This document shows, in pieces, positions 13,601-25,760 of a stretch of 64,000 bases of DNA. The number at the start of each line of letters is the position of its first letter. The stretch's first letter is position 1. A model generated the notes under the pieces. The model searched no databases. It was given only the letters and a program-made list of their open reading frames with translations, and was not told where the DNA came from. The position numbers and the translations under genes are program-made. This stretch comes from Octopus sinensis. Taxonomy: Eukaryota. The stretch is taken from the NCBI RefSeq assembly GCF_006345805.1, contig NC_043000.1, forward strand, positions 148,242,001 to 148,306,000. Reading direction: 5' to 3'.

Positions 13601-13999
13601 TGCAAACCTTATTATCATTCCACTGCTCCACTTGTTATGTGCCCAATGTAATTATGTTGAAAGTAAAGGTCTTTTGTTTGTTGTGAAATGTGTTCCAACT
13701 AATCCAACTTTCTCTATTATACAATTCTCTCCATCCCCTTTCACCTCAATTCCAGATATTAGCCATTTCCCTTACATTCTTGACCACTACTTACTAATCT
13801 CATTTCTCTGTAAGCTCCTTCTGCCATTCAATTTCTCATATTCCTTCCATCAAGTGTGTGTGTGTGTGGTCCATAACTTAATCCCTACTTCCCTCACTGT
13901 CCCCGCATCTACTGCACTTCCTATTACACATCACATGCCACTGTTACTCTACCCACCACCCATCACCCTCCTGTCTGACATAGATTATTCCATCTTTAG

Positions 14000-15180
14000 C
14001 ACAGGTCACCACTTCACACTCCTCATTTCCTCTGGTGATGAGTTCTAGACCTGGGCTGACATCCAGTGATTCCTGCAACACATGATGCTAAATACCTTTT
14101 TTTTGATCCACAGACTGTCTCAACATCTGGATTGAACTCTTCACTGTGTTATCTTCGATACCAACATGGCTTTATCTTCAAGCCTACCAACAACAGTGGT
14201 TCTATAATTGTATGGTGAGCTCATCCCTACAGGGCTAAGGTACTTTGATAGCTCTTCAGTTCTCTATTCAAACTACATTGCTTCCTGACCATATCCACTC
14301 CTGCATCCAACAGCATGTACCCACCATTCATACTCTGCCAACTCATTTTCTTCCACAGCCACCAACAATGCCCACTTACTGTAAATCTACCTCTGCTATT
14401 TACATAATCCCTGAGATCCATAAAACCAACAACCCAGTCACTCCATCGTTTCTGCCTGCAACTTTCCCACTGAACTCATCTCTAAGTCTATAAGATAGTT
14501 TTTTTCTCATTCCATCACATATTCACAACATCCTCCACCATTTCAACACATTCTTCTTTTCTTCCGAACCCCTCCTAGCTTTTTTTTTTCACTATATACA
14601 TTAATCTCTCCATACTGTCATCTCCCACAATAGTGATTTCCTCTTAAAATACTTCCTTGATCATCATACCATACTTGAACTCAGTATCTCTACCTTCCTC
14701 TATGTCACTATTCCTGTCTTCCCTTTCATCTGCTTCTTCTTTTTCAGTAACTTTTACCAGCAGTTTACTGGGATAGCCATGGGATCCAGAATGGGTTCCA
14801 GTAATGCCAAACTATTTGTTAAGTCCAAATCTTCACCAAACTTTAACACTTTTTAAAATTTTTATCCTTGACCAGCTTGACTTTTTCATCATTGTTGACA
14901 ACTCCTTCCAAACCGCCCTAGACTTCATACCAACTCTATTAAATTTTGGGGAATCTCACCAACTTCTCAATCTCTGTATTTTACAAACCCACTAATTTGA
15001 TTTCACCTCATCTCCTTTACAGATGGGTGGATCCTACCCATATACCATTATGCGTTATTCAAACCACCCACACATCAGAAAATACACCTACATGATTTTA
15101 CACAGTAAGCTTACTCAAAACCCTAAACACTCACTCATTCAGAGCATATTTTCATGCCTTCTCTTTGGTTCTACAACAGA
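14000..15180 (+). mobile_element. Degraded Penelope-like reverse transcriptase
   Basis: 14761-14820 translates QFTGIAMGSRMGSSNAKLFV (PLE RT signature Q..G.AMG..MGP..ANLF); FYKPT further downstream; ends approximate. Confidence 0.65.
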
Positions 15181-15394
15181 CATACATACATATTGAATAC
15201 GAGTAGAAATTTCTCTTGAAACTATTTCTGCAGCGAAAGGTCTTCTCATGTTCAAGTGTACATGAATGTGTTAAATATCATTGTACATGCATCTATTTTA
15301 TTCAACATTACCTTATGCATCCCTAATTTTAGTTTGACCATGCTTTATGTACACCAGCAAATTATGTTGCATGTCCGGCCCATTTAAAAGTACC

Positions 15395-15620
15395 CTTGAT
15401 GCATCGGGTGATATGATATGCTTGAGAAGACCTGTTGAGTTAAGTAAAACCAAAATCATAGCCATGGCCAGTGCCTTGACTGGCTCCTTTGCTGGTGGCA
15501 CATAAAAAGCACCATCCAAACGTAGTCAATGCCAGTGCCAACAGACTGGCTCCTGTGCCAGTGATACGTAAAAAGTACCATCTGAATGTAACCAATGCCA
15601 GTGCTGCCTGGCTGGCTCCC
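15395..15620 (+). mobile_element. RTE 3' UTR internal fragment
   Basis: GCTTGAGAAGACCTGTTGAG and GGCAC.TAAAAAGCACCATC modules as in 50560-50850. Confidence 0.55.
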
Positions 15621-16468
15621 GTTAAACCATGATGATGTTCTTATATATCAGAAACATTGTTCTGATAGAGCTGAGAAGGACGAATTTGATATTTGTGGTG
15701 ATCTAGCTTCATTGAAAAATGTTGATGAAAGAGAGTACTCACTGCAGCAAATTTTGAGTGCAGATGGGAGACCTATTTTTGAATCAAATACCAAAACAAA
15801 CTTATGTTTCTGAAGTAAAACTGTACTGGGGTCCAAGACTGTCAGAGACTGCATAGTTCCCCTACTTGGTGGTAATGCTTCAAGAAATATAAAAATCTCA
15901 GGTCATTGGCTGTTTACTATTCTGAGACATCAGTAACCTATAAAAGGCTAGTTTAAGTCTTATGTTCCTGATATGTGATAAATAAAAAGACATGGATCAT
16001 CAGAACAGTGTTTTAAGATTATTTTACTTCATATTTCTGCCCATCTGTCAAAGAATATTGTCAGGTTACCAAACCATAGCCGTCACTCATGAGTGTGTCT
16101 AACTTGGTAACGCCATGCGTCTGCTAATTATTTTTAGGTAACTAATGTTATTGATAACAGAGACAGACACTTTCTTTGGAGCTTTATCCCTTAACTAGCA
16201 GAGCACCTAAGATGTGACAACAGCTGGTGGGAGAAAAGATTACACCAGCACTTGGTTGGTTCTGATTACAAGTGAACAGACTAGAGTAACATGAAATGAA
16301 GTCCCTTGCACAGAGACATAATGCATTTCTCAGTTCAAAAATTGAACTCACAATCTCATGATTGCAATCCCAACACGTCCTTACATATTGTCAGATTAAG
16401 AACTTTTGACTTACAGACCAGAGAGTTATTACTAAATTCAAAATCTACTTTTTATGGCACACATTTAA

Positions 16469-16688
16469 CCCTTTAGTGTTTAAACCGGCCATATCTGGCC
16501 CAGATATTCTACATGTTTTACATTCAAACGGACGATATCTAGCCTCTCACACCTAACCTACATTGATATTCTAAAAACAAACAATCACATCATTGAAACC
16601 TCAAAGCTATAAGATAATGTATGATTAATTCAAGACAATTTGAGTGAAAAATTATTACATTTAACAGAGTAATCTGAACACTAAAGGG
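16469..16688. mobile_element. piggyBac-type MITE family E, intact
   Basis: TTAA-CCCTTTAGTGTT ... AACACTAAAGGG-TTAA. Confidence 0.85.
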
Positions 16689-18649
16689 TTAAGGAGTTGA
16701 CTAATTTTTTAGGTGGTGAAATTAAATCTATTACGAAGGAGTTTTAATTTGGTTACCACATCATAAATGGCACTGAAAATTTGACAGAGGTATGACAAGG
16801 GACAAAAATAACATTGCATCTTGTCTGGAGTTAAATTTAACCAGACTGAATTTGAAAAGCCAAATATTAATTGGTCAACAGAGATTATTGGACTGACGCA
16901 CTAGTTTGGATTTACTAAAATTAAAGACCTAGTGATGTTACTTTAATTACATGAAAGAAATATCTAATGAGTAACTCAGAGATGGAGCAAGTACAATTTA
17001 TAGGAGTCTATAAATAATTGCTGAATCTAGCAGAAATACCAACTAAATCTCCAGCAAATTACTATCTTTGCAAAAGAAGGTTACATTCACTGATATAGTC
17101 CAATGTAAATTATAAAGGAAGGAGGAGATAATTATAGCTGGACTGCTTTTGAACATAGCCAACTTGAGGTCGCTGTTGTATATAACCCAAGTCATATAAT
17201 CACCACGAGATGGATTAAATTCATTTTATAGGTTTTAGCTGTTGTATAATCCAGTGTAAGTAACAACTGCACTTTAGAATTCACCAGTAATCTATTGGTC
17301 TTGCACAAGAAATAAAAGTCAAAAGAAAGTGATATGAAAGACTGGTGTCTTATCCAAGGAAAGGCCCACTAAACACTGCAATAATAAAAGATAGGTAACA
17401 GTTTAGACACTCTTGTTTAACCTTGGATCAATACACATAGATTAAAACTGATCAAAGCCATTCCAGCCACAAGCATTCTGTATTTTTATTCAAGTATACC
17501 TAGAACTATCTAATATGTCCTTCCTTGTTTTCTTTACTTTTCACGACAGCAGGGCATGATTTGAAGGGGATTTAGCTGCTACTGCTAGCAGGTCAAGCAA
17601 CCACAATGGTTCAACCAGCTTTAAAAGTAAATGAATATTATAACACACATGCACTCGCAGACATACAAAAGAAAAGAAAATACAAGTTTTACATTATTGT
17701 CATTAATATTTATTTCATTTTTATTTTCTTTAGAAAACATTTTGTTTTGAAGAAGAGAAGTTGAATAAGTGAACACAGTTCACATGAGAGGGGCCATAAC
17801 AAACTTCAATTATTTGAACATTTAAAAGATATCCAATTTACAATCAGATATTAGCTTAGTCGAAAACAACAACAAAGATCAGTCTTAAAAAGAACGTTTC
17901 AGTTACATTTTACAATCATGGTAAGAAATGGTACAAGAGTAAAAGAGCCAGATTTCCAGGCTTTAGTAAGCTATTTTTATTCAATGCCAAATTTTTCTTT
18001 TAGATTTCAAATCTTGCCAGTATCAAATAATTTGACAAAATAGCTGTACCTTGATGTTTTTGAAGCTGAAAATATTTATTATAGCAGCATGTAGTGTGAT
18101 ATTAATTTTTATTTTTTTGGTGATGTACAGGAATCAGGTCAACTACCATATGTTTTATTACTAAGATTGAAGCAAAAACTCCCCGTAAAACCAAAATCAA
18201 CAACTTTATATACATTTGTAAAATTTAATAATATCAATCATTTACGATTTTGTATATCATAACTAGAATTCTAAATGGTAAATTGTATTGTACTAGCATG
18301 AATCTAAAAATTCACACACACACACACACACACACAATCATATGATGAGTGCAACCATGAAGTCCTGGGTTCAATTCCAAAGTGTGGCACTTCAGCAGTA
18401 CCTTTACCATTCCCTTCTGTTAACCCAAGTTTTGTAGGGTATTCGGGTAAACAGAAACTGTGTACAAGTCCATTGGATGGTAACTCAAAAGTTCAGCCTT
18501 GTTACACTGTTATGCTAATTTTATTGAGAATTACAAAGGTATGTAAGTCTGTGAGATACTCAGGCATTTTCCATGCCTATTCAATGAGTAGGTTGTCCAC
18601 TTGTTCGAACAATTGGACACACATCAAAATCATATAGTATAATAATAAC

Positions 18650-18960
18650 CCAGTGAATTTGGTTAATGGAAACTGAAAGGAAGCCCGTTGTGCATGCATG
18701 TATGTGTGTGTGTATATATTTATGTATGTATATATGTGTGTGTGTGTCCCTTTGTTTTGATATTGTATACTAATTGTAAACAAATGACATTGCCATACTA
18801 ACAGTATCATTTGTTAGAAATATTCTGTGAAAAAAAAAAATGTCCAAACAAGGGGAAAATATGACCTTGCTTGGAAACAGGTGAAGGTTGGCAACAGAAA
18901 GAGCACCTGGCTGGAAAAAAATTGCCTCAGCGAATCTTGTATGACCTATGTAAACATGTC
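18650..18960 (+). mobile_element. SINE variant B' (B-type head region, microsatellite, RTE-like tail)
   Basis: GGAAACTGAAAG.AAGCCC, (TG/TA)n, then CCTTGCTTGGAAACAGGTGAAGGTTGGC; similar copies at 20085-20450 and 53040-53365. Confidence 0.55.
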
Positions 18961-18978
18961 AAAATGATTACATACATG

Positions 18979-19009
<31 letters not shown>

Positions 19010-19113
19010 GACATAAATGTGCATGTGAATATTATATTAGTTTTGTATTGGCTAGTAGAAAGAAAAAAATACTCAGTAAATTAGGGGAGTGGATGGATGG
19101 ATATATATATATG

Positions 19114-19146
<33 letters not shown>

Positions 19147-19301
19147 CACGGAGTGGTTGGCGTTAGGAAGGGCATCCAGCTGTAGAAACACTGCCAGATC
19201 AGACTGGAGCCTGGTGCAGCCTTCTGGCTTCCCAGATCCTCAGTCGAACTGTCCAACCCATGCTAGCATGGAGAACGGACGTTAAACGATGATGATGATG
19301 A
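19147..19301 (+). mobile_element. RTE 3' tail copy inside (AT)n
   Basis: GGAGTGGTTGGCGTTAGGAAGGGCATCCAGC...GTTAAACGATGATG. Confidence 0.9.
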
Positions 19302-19309
19302 TATATATA

Positions 19310-19352
<43 letters not shown>

Positions 19353-19355
<3 letters not shown>

Positions 19356-19486
19356 TGAAAGAATGGAGTCGAACAAAGATGTTAACAAAATTCCTTTACT
19401 CTCAACATATGTTTCGAAGACAAGTTTCGGTTAAACAAATTTTCCATGCTGACGATAAACATAGGATAATTCATTCACCTACTTAA

Positions 19487-19487
<1 letters not shown>
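19353..19487 (-). mobile_element. Probable Penelope-type terminal fragment with the 3' half of a hammerhead
   Basis: Minus GTCTTC-GAAA-CATATG-TT-GAGAG; lies between (AT)n tracts; no CTGANGA in the fragment. Confidence 0.4.
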
Positions 19488-19518
<31 letters not shown>

Positions 19519-20084
19519 TCAGCTGAGAAACTCAATATCAATTCTTATTCTGTATTTCTTGTGAACAAAATCCAGTTAAGATGGCTTTTACTAAATATAT
19601 GTTGAAGTAGTAACTAAGTTAAGCGAGTCTCTCACCATGATTACATTTTATACACACACATGTACATGTGTGTATTGCATGGATACTCAAAAAGCTATGT
19701 GTGAAATCTATTAGCCCACTTTATAAGTTTAAAAAAAAAAACATTTTGAGATTAGAAGATTAGCTGTAAGCTTAGTGTAGATTTTAATATTCAAGCTATA
19801 TTCTCAGCTCTCTTTCCTTCATTTCAATCACCTTTAAATGGTTTCATATGATTAAGATAAGATATAAAAGACCGGCTTCCATTTCTTAGTCAATCTAGAA
19901 GCTAATTAGCTCTACCATTTCGCCAAGGTTATTGGGGGAGAGGAGTAAACTAATTTTGTAGGAATGAAGGGGGATAGAATTAGTGCATAGGAAGTACAAT
20001 TAATGCACAAGATTGGAGTAAATTTGTAAAGAAGGAAAGACAACTGTAAAAATAATATATGTCTGTGTGATTAAGAGGGTGAGT

Positions 20085-20199
20085 GCTCAACCATGTGGCA
20101 CCCTGGGCAAGTGTCTTCAACTATAGCTCCATGCTGGCCAAAGTTTGCAAGTAGATTTGGTAGGCAGAAACTAAAAGTCTGTCATATGCGTTTGTGTGT

Positions 20200-20260
<61 letters not shown>

Positions 20261-20450
20261 TACATACATACATACACATACTGTGTTGCTTGCTTCTAGC
20301 TTCCCTGAATACATGTACGGATTTGGGGTAAAATATTACTTTGCTTGAAAAGAAGTAAGGGTTGGCAACAGGAAGAGCATCCAGCCACAGATAATCTACC
20401 TCAAATTCTGTCTGTGCCAGTCGAGCATGGAAAAGTGAACAGTAAAACAA
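20085..20450 (+). mobile_element. SINE variant B'
   Basis: CCCTGGGCAAGTGTCTTC head, (TA)n, then AAGGGTTGGCAACAGGAAGAGCATCCAGC tail. Confidence 0.55.
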
Positions 20451-20715
20451 TATCAATGCTTCATTAATGCTGCCTAGTAGAAGTTTTATAGAATTCCTAT
20501 GGTGGACAACATTTTACTGCATTTCCAATATGAAATGCAATTTTTTTTTCACCATTTTTTTCCTTCTTTTTTTTACTTCTTCATATCCATTTTGTCCTCT
20601 TTGCCATGGACAAGATTTATTTTTTTGGAAGTTGTTGATCTTAGTCACATTGTTCTCACTCATCCATGAAGCCAGAGTAGGTTCTGTCTTTTGTCGGTAA
20701 TTAGGCAAAGTTGAG

Positions 20716-20731
20716 AGAAAGAGAGAGAGAG

Positions 20732-20800
<69 letters not shown>
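20716..20800. repeat. (GA)n(GT)n microsatellite
   Basis: Direct reading. Confidence 0.95.
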
Positions 20801-20802
<2 letters not shown>

Positions 20803-21407
20803 GGTGGACATAAAGAAAAGAATTTCAAATACTTGATAAAACAGATAAAATGGAGACAAAGAATACATCTCTTTGCACATAAATTTTTCAGATTGCATTG
20901 TAAAAGAAGTTATGAGTTAGTTAATAGACCTTATAGGAATGTAAATGAAGTAGATAAGACATCTTTTAGTTTTTGCTTTAAATATGACAAAGATTAACAC
21001 ATGGAAGGAAGGTCTTTAGAGGTGGTGGCCAGTTGTAAGATTAAAAAGAAAACCCAGCTTGTAAAAAATAACAAGCTGTGGGATATATCAATGTATTCTT
21101 TAGAAATAGCGTAGTTAAATTCATTTATATTTTAAGAACCATTTCACAAATGTATAATTATTTGAAAGCCAAATTTAATTTTGAAGGTGACAGATCCTAT
21201 ATATATATTTTTTTCAATACTTCATACAGAACGACAACTAATCAGAACTGTCAAAACAAACAGGACAATTATTGAGAAGAAATATAAAACAATGTTTGTT
21301 ACTGAGAATTATGTAAATCTAAAACATTTGAAAAACCATTGTTTGCTGAAAAACAATTCATAGACAATTGAGTCATTCTGACCATTTAGAACACAATATA
21401 TATATAT

Positions 21408-21439
<32 letters not shown>

Positions 21440-21554
21440 AGCAATTAAGATTCAAGTGAGTTCTGTTGAATTCACATGAATATGGTACTTAACTTGGATG
21501 CACCAGAAATCTATATGGTGTTAACCATACGACAAAGTGGGGTGATTATAAATA

Positions 21555-21961
21555 GGAAAAAAGCAACAAGAATGGATCAATATATCGGTACAATTGTTTC
21601 ATCAGATCTCTAGGAATCAAACTTTCTTCAATATGGATAAACTCACACCCTCACTTTCATCTTCACTTTCTGGAAAACTAAAAGGTTTTGAAAAAAATTT
21701 TTAAAAACCTGATATATGACTGTGTAATACTAATAGAACTTTTAGAAACCAATTTGTTATCTAAATTTCATTTTTATAGAACTTTCCATGATGTTTCACG
21801 AGTGTAACATCACCCCCTTTGATGTTTGGGAATCTCAGATGTTTTTTCGGCTGATGAGTACGAGTCACCTATATTTATTGCAATTTTTATAGCCTTATTA
21901 AAGATGTCTTCGTACGAAACAATTGTACCGAAATATTGATCCATTCTTGTTGCTTTTTTCC
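21555..21961 (+). mobile_element. About 400-bp element with 48-bp inverted ends carrying a hammerhead ribozyme (Penelope-type terminal repeat / retrozyme-like)
   Basis: 21553-21600 is the reverse complement of 21916-21963 (47/48); hammerhead at 21845-21933; AT-rich flanks. Confidence 0.6.
21845..21933 (+). ncRNA. Minimal type I hammerhead ribozyme
   Basis: Helix I TTTCGG/CCGAAA; core CTGATGA (21851-21857); helix II GTACGAG/TTCGTAC; GAAA (21916-21919); palindromic helix III ACAATTGT; cleavage triplet GUA ending at 21927. Confidence 0.85.
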
Positions 21962-24609
21962 TATATATATATATATGTTTGTTATATTTCCTGATAATAC
22001 AAGATACAGAGTTTCAAAGTCTCATCTTACATTTACAATCTGGTCACCCCAAAACTCCATTCTACTGTCTCAATGATACATTGTTGGAAGTTAAAAAATC
22101 CATTCTAAAATATTAATGACTGGCTGAAGGAGTGAAAGAATAAATGGAAGAAGAAATGGTTAAAAGCTCAAAAAGCTTTAATTTGTGATGAGTTAAAATT
22201 GTTTGCTATGGAGGTGAATAAACAAGGTGGGGACTTTGTGATGAAAATGTGGATTGTTACTATAAAACATTTTCTTTTTTATTGCATGCATTTGTGAACA
22301 TTAGCATTACAAGATATTTCTGTTCAAATAAGGTTCCAACAACCCATTTTAAATTGACTTCAGTAAAGCTTTAAAAAACACTTCAAATTCAAGCAGGGTT
22401 GTTGTCTAGACCATGAGTGATCACACACTACTGTTTTATCACTCCCAATTTTAGCTGAATATCACAAAAAAAAAAAAAGAGAAAAAGAAAAGAAATTGTA
22501 ATAGAATTCCAAAGATATAAAATCTGATGAGAAAATATTCTAGTACATTTTCTTTATCAATTAAAAATTGTCTTGTTTTTGTTCCAAATATGGCAAAAAC
22601 CAACAATTAGGTTATTTATTATTTGTCAATCTCCCCTCATATCTGTCTGAAATACCTTCTTATGAAAACATTTGACTGTTTATATAAAAAAAAAAAGAAA
22701 AATCATATTTTCACATATAAACATTTTGTTACTATTGCAATATTTTGACAAATGTAGGTACAAACTTGAAATAGCTGACATTTAGGTTTGAAAACAGTTC
22801 TTGAATGAAATGGCAAATGTTTTGTATCTTGGGAAATTAAAATCATACAACATTAAAAAAAAATCTACCTTGTTTTTTTTTAGCCCAGTATCTCTTGTTC
22901 AAAAGTTTCTAGAGGAATGTATGCATAGGCATAAAAGCATGTTAAGTTTTAAACTGAAGAACAAGGAATAAAATTTTAAATAGATATTAGTTCAACTTCA
23001 TTTCCCACTTTTTACTATTTTACAGAATGGTAAATTACCTATATCAACCTTTAAACTGAAATATAAAAAAAAACCCAGATACTCTAGGACTCCCAATTCC
23101 CTAGCCTACAGCATATATTCATGCTGTTGCTGTTTAACCCAAAGTCATCCTAGATTGCACAGAGCTATTAATAAAAGCATTCCAGCTGAGACTATGTTGT
23201 CGTTTAGGGGCATTTAAATAAAAACAACACTATGACATTATATATCTTTTCCTTATTTGAGATGGGAGTTATATGAAGGGAGGTGTAGCTGTTAGTTCTA
23301 GCAGTTCCAGCAACCATGTAAGTGCTTCTTTGTATATATATATATTTTTTTTCTTGGTTATTCAACTCAATGTGTGGTGAAGAAAGTGATTGGGAAGCCA
23401 GTTTATCTAGTGCTGGTACAATGATAAAAAAAACACCAAGCCCAGTCTGTCATAAGAACTGACACTAAGAAAGGCTTCTAATCATAAAACTCAGCAATTT
23501 CCTGAATAGTGTGTTTAAACAGGATTAATTTGCATAGAAGAATGCTATATTACAGAACTATCCAATCCTTTCCAGCACAGAAAAACAGATACACATGCAA
23601 ACCAATAAACCCCACTACCTATTGCTCAAATCACCCCTAAAACATTAGGGAATGCATTGAATCAAATATGAGTATCTTCCAACTAATTATTGAATTGAAT
23701 ATTAATCTACAGTTAATATATACTGGTCTCATATCTTCAATTCTACAGTTGATGTATACTATCTTCAATAGATATCCAAAAATGATGTACAAATTTGAAG
23801 CAAAATTTCTACATAAAGAACGTCATATCAATTCAAAGTATCTTCTCCATCACTACCTTAATGGTAATCCATATGTTAACATGTTCAAAGATTTTTGAAT
23901 CCAGATTTCTTTGTTTTACCATAATGTACAAAGAATAAATTGCTCAAGAATTCATTCCTCTCCGACTTTGACCTATTATGCATTGCTACAGAGGTCAAAC
24001 GTTTCACCACCCCTCAACACCTACCTAATGCTTTATCTTTTTTATTTTTCAACTCTCACCTTTGTCTCCCACCATCACCACAAAAAAAAACAACAACCCC
24101 AAAAACAACCTGTACAGGTTTCTTTGAAAAACATGAATGGATGAATTCTTGATGGTGTAATTGTTATGAATCACTAAAACATAGAGGTCGGGATAAATAT
24201 AATAAACTACCGACAAGTAAAAAGTAATTTCAATGCTATATGAACATTTGCTGTATAATTAGTAGATACTGTAAAATATAGAAAATAGTATGTATGTAAT
24301 GTATAGTACATGGTTAACAATTACTTCACAATGTGTACAGTTTTTCAATAATTTTTCAATTTACTAAGAAAATATAAGTAACACGAAAACATGAAACATA
24401 CATGATGTTATAAATGCCTAGAATTAAAGTTGGTAAAAAGAAAAAAAAAAATTTAAAGAAGACTTAAAAAAAAGACATTTTATGTAAAAGTAGTTGTATC
24501 TACATCAGTAAGAAGTTATACTTACACATTTCATATATACATATAAAAATAGTAAAACTGTTGGTTTAATTATTTGCAAAGAAAGATGCGGGTTTTTCAA
24601 ATGAAGGGG

Positions 24610-24775
24610 CAGATTGGCAGAACTGTTAGAGCATCAGACAAAATGCCTTGTGGTATTTAGTTATAGACCTTTATGTTCCAAGTTCAAATTCCATTGAGGT
24701 CAATTTTGTCTTTCATCCTCCAAGCCTTGATAAAATAAAGCACTAGTTAAGTATTATGGTTGATTTTAATTGACT
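24610..24775 (+). mobile_element. Degraded SINE family C
   Basis: TGGCAGAACTGTTAGAGCATC...AGTTCAAATTCC...TTTCATCCT. Confidence 0.55.
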
Positions 24776-25148
24776 GAGACCATGTCCTCAGGCTTCTTCA
24801 AGCAATGAGACTACTATGGCTGAGAATCACCAAATGAATCTTTTTAGTAGCGCTGCTTGCTTTTTTTTGGATGAGGGTTGTATTCGCCAACAGTCACGAT
24901 ATTTTTGTGAGAAGCTGCGACCCTGTGAGTTATTAGCTCTGAAAGACATAATAGAACGATGCCACGCAAATCCTGTAATTAACAGCACACGTGGCATGTT
25001 TGTCATGTTTGACAAAGTCGACAGAAGAAATGAGAGTTAGAAGTAAAAATACAATTTATTTGAACAAAAGAAAAAAAAAAATAAGGGGCAAAATGTAAAA
25101 ATAAACAATATATATATATATATAAAAAAGAAGACTGTAGTTTAACAG

Positions 25149-25723
25149 CTATAAATTTCCCTCATCGATCATTTTGTGCATATCTGCTACTATGATGTTT
25201 AATTGATCTTTGTATTTGCTAGAACTGCTGAATAGTTCATCCAAAAGATCTGTATCTGAGAAATATCTGAACACTGTGTCAATTCGAGTCTTAGATTTGT
25301 CTGTCAGATGTCTGTGAACAATCTCCTGGATAAGGCTACGACATTCCTCTAAGTTTTTTTGCAAGAAAATTCTGTCATAGGTGAAATCCACTTCACAAAA
25401 ACTGATGATAGTCATTGCAAGGGTATTAAACTTTTGCTTGAAGACTTCAATTTTGGTCAGTTCCGCTTGGTTAAATTGATCGTTTCGGAATAGAATCCCA
25501 ATCTTTACTATTGTCTTGATAATGTACTTAAGGATTTTTTCTACTTCTTTCTTATTTGAAGAATAGTCTTTCAGGATTCGACACATGTTGTCAAGCACTT
25601 CAGCCAATGTTTCATCAACAAATATTTTGGCAATTTTCTTATTTGACATCTTCCCCAATAGCTTTTTCTGGACCCGAAGTCCAAGACCCCTGGAATCAAA
25701 ACCTGCTCCTGCATCGGTCGCCA
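25149..25723 (-). CDS. TNFAIP8: Tumor necrosis factor alpha-induced protein 8 (TIPE) family, main terminal coding exon
   Basis: Intact frame xATDAGAGFDSRGLGLRVQKKLLGKM...KTIVKIGILFRNDQFN...SFCEVDFTYD...RHLTDKS...MIDEGNL-TAG, colinear over its whole length with TNFAIP8-family proteins; the listed ORF start (GTG) overlaps the splice acceptor. Confidence 0.95.
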
Positions 25724-25760
25724 CTGAAAATAAAATAAAGAAAAAGGAGAGAATTAAATT
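25724..25760 (-). promoter_or_regulatory. 3' splice acceptor with polypyrimidine tract for the TNFAIP8 exon
   Basis: Minus TTAATTCTCTCCTTTTTCTTTATTTTATTTTCAG|TGGCGACC. Confidence 0.85.

Noticed and set aside
2761-22530. Other CTGATGA motifs (2761, 6170, 22524, and minus at about 21599-21605) as hammerheads
   Set aside because: No helix II plus GAAA plus helix I arrangement around them
24950-25010. SECIS element in the TNFAIP8 3' region
   Set aside because: No GA/GA quartet in register; the gene has no in-frame TGA
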